Origin: a virus
Taxonomy: Duplodnaviria; Caudoviricetes
IMG/VR virus record: IMGVR_UViG_3300036783_000051
Span: 1-42,204 of that record
Strand: one strand, 5' to 3'
Length of the DNA: 42,204 nt
Under the pieces are notes generated by a model. The model was not told the DNA's origin. It saw nothing but the letters and a program-made list of their open reading frames with translations, and did no database searches. The translations under genes were made by a program, and so were the position numbers. Numbering within the stretch: the stretch's first letter is position 1; every line of letters starts with the position of its first letter. Positions 36,456-42,204 of this stretch are shown here, in pieces.

Positions 36456-37256
36456 TTACTGAACTCTGTCCCAGCCGCTCTTTCGCAGCATTGAGATGAG
36501 GGCATCCCTCGTGTTGTAATATGCCGTATCGACCCACACTTCATTCTTCCACGCGCCGAACCTCCCGGTGAGCAGTACGTCAGGGTAGCAGTCGCAGTTG
36601 TGACTGATCGGCTTGTGGATCGTGATTTGCTCTAGCCCGTCCGGTGCCGTACCAGGGAGCCATTCTGTGCACTCGTTACCGAGCAGCCATGCCGACCGCA
36701 CCCACGGGTAGTAGTTGCCGGCATTGAATATGGTGGTGTCCTCGGGCTGGTCCGGGTATGACCGCTCCATCGTGATGACAACGGGCTTGGAGCGGAAGTT
36801 ATGGCCCTTGTAGCATAGGTCGCAGAGAGGGGCCGTGTTGATGACCAGGTCGAACTCATGAACCATGATAGCGATCTCACTGGATGTGACCTTCATGTCC
36901 ATACGCGCCGCCCGACCGAGGCCAGGCGTCATGTACAGCTGCCACAGCCGGTCGTACGTCTTGATGTGCTCCCAGCAGTGGTAGCCCTCCGCCAGAATGT
37001 TGCCCTGGATGCTGATGTTGATATCGCCGTATAGCTTGTACCGGTAGTCGAGGATGCTACCGCCGATAACGAGCTGCCTGATATAGCCGTCAGGATGATC
37101 AGTGGAGATTGCGGGTATCGGTCGCTGTAGAACTAGCGGGCCTCGCTGTGGCGAACGCTCGCCTGGCGAGTAGATGGTAACCCCCGCGCCGAGGCCGTGC
37201 GCTGCATGCGCTGCTGCTAGCCCGGCTGGACCGCAACCGATAACCGCAACCTTCAC
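36456..37256 (-). CDS. FAD/NAD(P)-binding oxidoreductase-like flavoprotein
   Basis: VAVIGCGPAGLAAA Rossmann motif; DLVINTAPL; C-terminal LLTGRFGAW. Confidence 0.85.
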   Translation of the reverse strand: MKVAVIGCGPAGLAAAHAAHGLGAGVTIYSPGERSPQRGPLVLQRPIPAISTDHPDGYIRQLVIGGSILDYRYKLYGDINISIQGNILAEGYHCWEHIKTYDRLWQLYMTPGLGRAARMDMKVTSSEIAIMVHEFDLVINTAPLCDLCYKGHNFRSKPVVITMERSYPDQPEDTTIFNAGNYYPWVRSAWLLGNECTEWLPGTAPDGLEQITIHKPISHNCDCYPDVLLTGRFGAWKNEVWVDTAYYNTRDALISMLRKSGWDRVQ

Positions 37257-37345
37257 TTCTCTGCTCTCCTACGTTGTAGCTCTTGCGCGACTCCCAGCCT
37301 GAGGCTGAGCATGAGCGCCTCTAGTCGGAGGTGGCTCTCGACGAT

Positions 37346-38323
37346 TCAGAACGGTGGGTCTTCTTTGCTTCCTCGGGCCCTGGTGGTCGGAGTACGGCTT
37401 GAGCGAGTCCTGCTCCCATCCTTTGCAGGACGGCTACGGCTGGAGCTAGCTGCTCTTGTAGAGCTTGCAGCCCTGGCGGGAGTACGACGGGCTCCGGCTG
37501 TACTGGCCTTGCGCTTGGTACGCGCTGGCGGTTCCTCTTCTTCTTGGTCTTCGTCCTCTGCCTCTTGGTCTTCTTCTTCGGCATCTTCATCCTCGTCGTC
37601 TAGCTCATCTTCGAGGTCATCGTCATCCTCGTCGTCGATGTCCTCGTCGTCCTCATCCTCGTCGTCCTCATCTTCCGGCTCAGCGCGACGGGAGCGGGCG
37701 GAAGCCGCCTTGGCCCCACGGGCCGGGGCCTGGGTAGAACGCGACCGCCGTGCAGGGCGTGCGGGTGCCTCTTCCTCTTCGTCGTCGTCATCTTCCTCGA
37801 TGTCGTCGTCCTCGACTTCATCTTCCTCATCGAGGGGCAGCCAGCCTTCGCGGTCGACACGGGACTGCCAGTCGTCGGCCCACCTCTTGCGCAGGATGAC
37901 GATCCTGCAGAGCGCGTCGTCGCTACCGACCTCCCAGCCGCCGAGGGACTCGATGACGTCTCCGATGCTGTCGGGCTCGTCCGAGACCACCATCTTGTTC
38001 TTGATGTCGAAGAGCGTGATACCGAAGCACTGCAGGAACGGCACGTACCTGAACGCGGCGTCGGGCTTGAAGACCAGGTACTCCCATGTCGGGAGTCCGT
38101 TGAACTTCTTCTTGTCTCCGGTGTTCTGCTCCGCGACCGCGAGCAGCTTGATCATCGAGGTTCCGTCCTCAGCCTGCGTCCACCACAGCTTGGTCACGCG
38201 GTGGATGAGTACGGTGCCGGTACGCGGGATGTCGCCGGTGTACCGCTTGAACTTACTGGGCTCGACCTTGACGTCGAGCTTCTTGGGGTTGAACTCGTTG
38301 GTGGTCAGCTTCATGCGTGGCAT
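37346..38323 (-). CDS. Putative ssDNA-binding protein with long acidic/basic disordered tail
   Basis: Globular N-domain (YTGDIPRTG); Asp/Glu tracts; Arg/Ser/Ala tail; ends in EDPPF; follows the AAA gene. Confidence 0.7.
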   Translation of the reverse strand: MPRMKLTTNEFNPKKLDVKVEPSKFKRYTGDIPRTGTVLIHRVTKLWWTQAEDGTSMIKLLAVAEQNTGDKKKFNGLPTWEYLVFKPDAAFRYVPFLQCFGITLFDIKNKMVVSDEPDSIGDVIESLGGWEVGSDDALCRIVILRKRWADDWQSRVDREGWLPLDEEDEVEDDDIEEDDDDEEEEAPARPARRSRSTQAPARGAKAASARSRRAEPEDEDDEDEDDEDIDDEDDDDLEDELDDEDEDAEEEDQEAEDEDQEEEEPPARTKRKASTAGARRTPARAASSTRAASSSRSRPAKDGSRTRSSRTPTTRARGSKEDPPF

Positions 38324-38332
38324 GGTTTCCTC

Positions 38333-39232
38333 CTACTTCCCTGCCTTGGCTGCCTTTCGCACTTCCGGCGCTGTCGCTAGAATGTCTGCGATCATATCGG
38401 TGATAAGGTCATACCTCCCATCTTCCTCATCTTCACCATCTGGTATGGTCTCCCACCGGGGCAGGACGTTGAACCTGTCCTTGGCGAAGTATGGCGGGAA
38501 CGTGTCATTGATAAGGATGCCCTCGCGCGGGTCATCGATGTTGCTGCGCTTCTTGACGCGGAGGCAGGACACGATGTCCATGTCCGCGCAGAAGTTCTGC
38601 GCAATCGCGTAGTCCTTGCCGACGATGTTTGGCAGAACGAGGTCGTCACCCTCCTCATCTTCCTTGCGCATCGCCGTGGCGACGAAGATGGTGTTGTACT
38701 TCGCGTCAATGAGATGGTTAACGAACCGCAAGAACATACGCTGCCACTTCTGGTGGTCCTGCAGCTGCGGGATGTCCTCGTCTCGCGCTTCGTTCTCTGC
38801 GTGCTGGATACCGAGCCACCAACGAATGACTAGCTCCTGCATCTTCGACACGCTGTCGACTATGAGAACGTCTTGTTCGGTCAGGTGTTTGTCGGCCCAC
38901 TCGATACTGGCCTCAACGTGATCCCAGTCTGGCGCGCGGAGTAGCTTGGCCGTGGAGCCGACACGCTTGGCTGATATGACGCCTTTCTCCGTGCTGAGGA
39001 TATACCCGCTTGGAGCGAATGAGGCGAACACCGTTTTGCCGACGCCGCTATCGCCGTAGATGCACCAGTTGAATGACTCGTTGAAGTCCGAGAGGTCTTC
39101 AACCTTGACTGTGATCTTCGGCCGGTTACGAGCTACAGCGATGTTGGTAACATTATCGTCGCCGTCGCCTCTGCCGTTGCTACTCCGCGCCTTGCGAGCT
39201 GGTCGCTGAGTCGGTCGCCGTGTGCCTGCCAT
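38333..39232 (-). CDS. AAA_24/Sak4-like ATPase (recombinase)
   Basis: IYGDSGVGKT Walker A; LIVDSVS Walker B; YFAKDRF. Confidence 0.85.
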   Translation of the reverse strand: MAGTRRPTQRPARKARSSNGRGDGDDNVTNIAVARNRPKITVKVEDLSDFNESFNWCIYGDSGVGKTVFASFAPSGYILSTEKGVISAKRVGSTAKLLRAPDWDHVEASIEWADKHLTEQDVLIVDSVSKMQELVIRWWLGIQHAENEARDEDIPQLQDHQKWQRMFLRFVNHLIDAKYNTIFVATAMRKEDEEGDDLVLPNIVGKDYAIAQNFCADMDIVSCLRVKKRSNIDDPREGILINDTFPPYFAKDRFNVLPRWETIPDGEDEEDGRYDLITDMIADILATAPEVRKAAKAGK

Positions 39233-39241
39233 GATCTGCTC

Positions 39242-40231
39242 CTACTCTGCCGCTGACTTTCGTAGTGGTGATGGACCCGCTACCGTGTACATCGCGTCCC
39301 GGTATTCCATCCAGGCTTTCCCTCCGCGCTCGTGCATTGCGCACATGGTGAAGAACGGGCAGTAGGTGCACATGTCGTTCTTGACCTTGTTCACAGGCAG
39401 CTTGCCGCGACGAACAAGATTCATGACGTATATCTCGTCAGCTAGCGCTCGCATCTGGTAGTTAACCTCGCGCGGAGTACGGTCCACAAACTCGCGCAGG
39501 AACCTCTTGGCCGGCTGAACCTTGCTCACTGAACCGTTCTTGTTCAGGTACGCTCCGGCCGCGTTACGCTGGCGAAGGTCAGGCATGGCCTTGCGCAGGA
39601 AGTTATACCGGATACCGTCAATGGTATCCTTGCTGCCGATGACACCCTGGTGGCGGAGTACGATCGTGGCTACAGCAAAGTAGGAGCCCGCCTGATTGTC
39701 TAGCGGAAGGTGCATGGTCTTGATGGAAGCTGCCGTTTTATGCTCCATCAGTTCCATCAGGTTGTCATAGTGGTTGATCTCTACGCCGTCGAAGATTCCG
39801 ATGAAGATCGCGATGACTTTGCCGTCGCGCATGATCTCTATCTCGAATGGCTGCTCAACAGCTAGCACTTCCCAGTACGGGTCATCCTCGTATTCCTGGA
39901 TGTATCCCCGGAGCATTGCCTCGCCTAGCTCGCCCGCTTCCTCATACACGGGCTGCTCAAACCATTCTCTGTCATGGTCAGCGTAGTTGGCCTTGATGTA
40001 CCTGATCTCATCGCCAACCCAGTTCTTCCAAGTCACTGCTGGGAGCGGGCCGCGTTCAAAGCCTGGTTCATACCAGAGTGCGAGGGCCTCGTGGACGCCG
40101 ATCCCGAACCATAGCGCATCGGCGGGTTTTGCTCTAGGCCGGAGATTGTCAATGTAAGCCCACTTCCAGCGTTGCGGACAGCGTCCGAACGTGTTGCGCT
40201 CACTATTGCTGATGATAGGTACATCGCTCAC
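39242..40231 (-). CDS. Cas4/AddB-like PD-(D/E)XK exonuclease
   Basis: SERNTFGRCP, GIGVHEALA, VEQPF, GIFD, EHKT and CTYCPFFTMC (4-Cys Fe-S staple). Confidence 0.88.
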   Translation of the reverse strand: MSDVPIISNSERNTFGRCPQRWKWAYIDNLRPRAKPADALWFGIGVHEALALWYEPGFERGPLPAVTWKNWVGDEIRYIKANYADHDREWFEQPVYEEAGELGEAMLRGYIQEYEDDPYWEVLAVEQPFEIEIMRDGKVIAIFIGIFDGVEINHYDNLMELMEHKTAASIKTMHLPLDNQAGSYFAVATIVLRHQGVIGSKDTIDGIRYNFLRKAMPDLRQRNAAGAYLNKNGSVSKVQPAKRFLREFVDRTPREVNYQMRALADEIYVMNLVRRGKLPVNKVKNDMCTYCPFFTMCAMHERGGKAWMEYRDAMYTVAGPSPLRKSAAE

Positions 40232-40252
40232 GGCTAGCTCCTGCCTGACCTT

Positions 40253-40296
40253 ACCCGCCTACGTATAGCTTACCGTACGAACGCCGTAAAGTCTAG
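40253..40296 (-). promoter_or_regulatory. Putative promoter of the recombination/modification/replication operon
   Basis: Reverse complement ...GTTCGTACGGTAAGCTATACGTAGGCGGG shares boxes with the 1026 and 29034 sites. Confidence 0.5.
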
Positions 40297-40302
40297 CCGG
40301 CC

Positions 40303-40419
40303 CTAGAAATGCGGATAGGCCCAGTAGCACTCTGCGAGCCACTGGGCCTATGCCCCCGACGCATGTCTAGAAATGGAACGCGGAGCGCCCGGTCATCTGG
40401 AGCCGGACGCCCCGCGTTC
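40303..40419 (-). terminator. Tandem hairpins, each followed by CATTTCTAG
   Basis: Inverted repeats at 40376-40419 and 40315-40351 downstream of the 40427 stop. Confidence 0.6.
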
Positions 40420-40426
40420 GTTCAGG

Positions 40427-41113
40427 TCAGGCCGAGACGGTTTCGCTCGGGCTGGCGGTCGGCGTGAAGATGTGGATGGGAGGCGTGACCTTGAAGACGA
40501 GGGCCTCGCCCTGGACGTTCACGTCGTTGAAGGAAGGAGCCGGCAGCCGGTGGCCGCCGAGGGTCAGCTCCCTCAGGATGGAGCGCGGGCTGACGCGCAC
40601 GAGCGGGCAGTGGCCGCGGACCAGGTTCCAGGAGAACATGGCGTTGAGGTCGAAGGTGCCACTGCCGGGGACGGAGCGGAAACCAGCATCCGTGCCGGTG
40701 TCCGCGATGATGGAGAACCGGCCGATCTGGTCGAGGGTGACCGTGCACGTGGGCAGGTTCACGTTGATGTTCGCGCTGGCGATGGAGGTGTGCCGGAGCG
40801 TGACGCTGTCACCGGTCGCGTCGTGGAACCTGTCGACGAACGGGTTGAGCTGGTCGTCGGTCCAGCCAACGGCCGGGAGCGGGTTGGTCGCCTCCACGTC
40901 GTTGACGCTGACCGCGCCGATCTGGGACTGCTGCAGGTCGAACTGCCACGGCGTGGGCCTGACGTGGTCCTTGTGGCGCTGGTAGTCCTGCTGCTGCTGT
41001 GACGGGGCAGGCGTCGGACTGCCCACCACGTGAGCGCTTGCCGTTGCAGCGGTCCCGGCGACGAGACCAGCCGCGAGTACTGCCGCGGCGATGGTGTTAC
41101 TACGCTTGGACAT
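40427..41113 (-). CDS. Secreted beta-rich protein of unknown function
   Basis: Sec signal peptide (MSKRSNTIAAAVLAAGLVAGTAATASA); two Cys; strongly GC3-biased codons. Confidence 0.8.
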   Translation of the reverse strand: MSKRSNTIAAAVLAAGLVAGTAATASAHVVGSPTPAPSQQQQDYQRHKDHVRPTPWQFDLQQSQIGAVSVNDVEATNPLPAVGWTDDQLNPFVDRFHDATGDSVTLRHTSIASANINVNLPTCTVTLDQIGRFSIIADTGTDAGFRSVPGSGTFDLNAMFSWNLVRGHCPLVRVSPRSILRELTLGGHRLPAPSFNDVNVQGEALVFKVTPPIHIFTPTASPSETVSA

Positions 41114-41206
41114 AACGTCCCTTCCGCTGTTTGGCGAGGGTTCTTTTCCCTCCCTATTCGTACGACGCCGACGCTACCGGAACGGTTTACCGCGTAGGGC
41201 CGGAAT

Positions 41207-41803
41207 CTATAACGATACGGTAACGGCGCTCTGTACGTCGTCGTCGCGCGGAGGGGCTGCTACGGGTTTAACCCACACACCGCGGAACCCAACCCGGTAA
41301 AGGCACGGCCAGCTGCGTGGCTTCCGCGCCGTGAACGTGGACATCAGCACTGCGCCCGGACGCATCATGTCCTGGACCAGGTTCTCCCACTTGACCTCGA
41401 AGACGTCATCCTTGAACGGACGCGCGGTGAATACGATGTCTGGTACTTCCCAGGATGGCTGATTGTCGAGGTTGCTGAGGTCGCGTATCTCGCATTGGAC
41501 GCCTAGCTCTTTTGCGGCGGCGACATAATCCTCGAACAGCTCGAAGCCATACTCGATGAGGCCCTGCTGCTTGGCCCACACAAGCTTGGTCCCGATACCG
41601 CTGCCGGCCTCCCAGAAGGATATGGGGCCGATGCTATGCGAATCCGTCCGCTTGTAGTACTTGACCGCTACATCGAGCATCTCTGCCCAGTCGCGTATGT
41701 CTGACGGACTCCAGCGCCATCTGTCTGGGTCTGGCTCACGCCCGTGCTCTTTGGCGAGCTGAGACATCTCCATGTCGAACAGTCTCTTCAGTGTGAAAGT
41801 CAT
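41207..41803 (-). CDS. Class I SAM-dependent methyltransferase
   Basis: FWEAGSGIG (motif I), YGFEL (motif II), DIVFTARPF, MRPGAVL. Confidence 0.8.
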   Translation of the reverse strand: MTFTLKRLFDMEMSQLAKEHGREPDPDRWRWSPSDIRDWAEMLDVAVKYYKRTDSHSIGPISFWEAGSGIGTKLVWAKQQGLIEYGFELFEDYVAAAKELGVQCEIRDLSNLDNQPSWEVPDIVFTARPFKDDVFEVKWENLVQDMMRPGAVLMSTFTARKPRSWPCLYRVGFRGVWVKPVAAPPRDDDVQSAVTVSL

Positions 41804-42063
41804 GCTTCATCTACCCACGTCTCGATGATACACTTGTCCCAGTCTGCGCTGGGCACGTACGGCTTGAACACCCGCGTCGGTTCGATAACGTCGTCGTCGT
41901 CCTGCAAGTCGTCTGGGGGCGCGTACGGGGTCGGCTCCAGACGGGCGAACCGGAAGACTACGACCGTAGGGTTACCGGGGTCGATTCCCACGCCCGCGAC
42001 GATGTAGGGCTGATCGGGGTGGTCGGGCTCGTCGTCCCTGCGACGGCTCCAGCCAACTGCCAT
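41800..42063 (-). CDS. Hypothetical acidic protein
   Basis: AAGGAG RBS; ATGA overlap. Confidence 0.7.
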   Translation of the reverse strand: MAVGWSRRRDDEPDHPDQPYIVAGVGIDPGNPTVVVFRFARLEPTPYAPPDDLQDDDDVIEPTRVFKPYVPSADWDKCIIETWVDEA

Positions 42064-42072
42064 TGTTGCTCC

Positions 42073-42123
42073 TTAGAAATGAAGGACCCCTGCCTGGGGA
42101 GGGTCGTCGCCAGACAGGGGTCC
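42073..42123 (-). terminator. Hairpin followed by CATTTCTAA
   Basis: GGACCCCTGCCTGG / CCAGACAGGGGTCC inverted repeat; the single deviation is G-U on the - strand. Confidence 0.5.
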
Positions 42124-42204
42124 ATCTAGGGGAGTGCCAAGCGCTTAACAGCTGGTCCCTGGCACTCCCGGCCTTGCGGCCCCCGGAGGGGTGGGAAAAA
42201 ACAC

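Larger units (their letters stand above)
1..42204. mobile_element. Partial genome of an actinobacterial siphovirus (phage or prophage)
   Basis: Complete head-tail-lysis module on + and replication/recombination genes on -, converging at about 24.3 kb. Dense ATGA/GTGA gene overlaps. No host housekeeping genes and no integrase in the window. Confidence 0.96.

Noticed and set aside
37311-38612. 433-aa poly-Ser ORF on the + strand
   Set aside because: Antisense shadow of the Asp/Glu codons in the SSB-like gene; no RBS or motifs.
39242-40231. Cas4-like gene as evidence of a CRISPR system
   Set aside because: No repeat-spacer array or other cas genes; its context with an AAA ATPase and SSB is a standard phage recombination module.

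Overview
This window is a large part of a tailed dsDNA phage genome, most likely a long-tailed siphovirus of an actinobacterial host. That assignment rests on high GC, actinophage-type terminase, portal, scaffold and tail proteins, and the gene order. The + strand arm (1-24.3 kb) carries a glycosyltransferase, terminase small and large subunits, portal, MuF/maturation protein, an inserted block of accessory virion genes, scaffold and HK97-fold capsid. It continues with head-tail connectors, tail tube, frameshifted tail chaperones, a 1680-aa tape measure with NlpC/P60 and lytic-transglycosylase domains, Dit, hub, a tail-tip protein and an amidase lysis cassette. The - strand arm (24.3-42.2 kb) carries a secreted LysM/Rpf-like transglycosylase, many small ORFs, a DnaE-type polymerase, a Cas4-like nuclease/AAA ATPase/SSB recombination module, a secreted moron-like gene and a SAM methyltransferase. 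The best candidate for a new system is the tightly packed block at 34.1-37.3 kb: flavoprotein, ThyX homologue with a rewritten substrate-binding motif, TylF/MycF sugar O-methyltransferase, and DUF1599/MazG-like protein. It may make a hypermodified DNA base, possibly carrying an O-methylated sugar, or a virion glycan together with the glycosyltransferase. Other signals are a strand-specific structured RNA candidate at 33.76-33.88 kb, a recurring TTCGTACG promoter/operator box and a family of hairpin+CATTTCTA elements. No integrase, tRNA, rRNA or CRISPR array was seen. All family assignments come from recognising motifs by eye, not from database searches.
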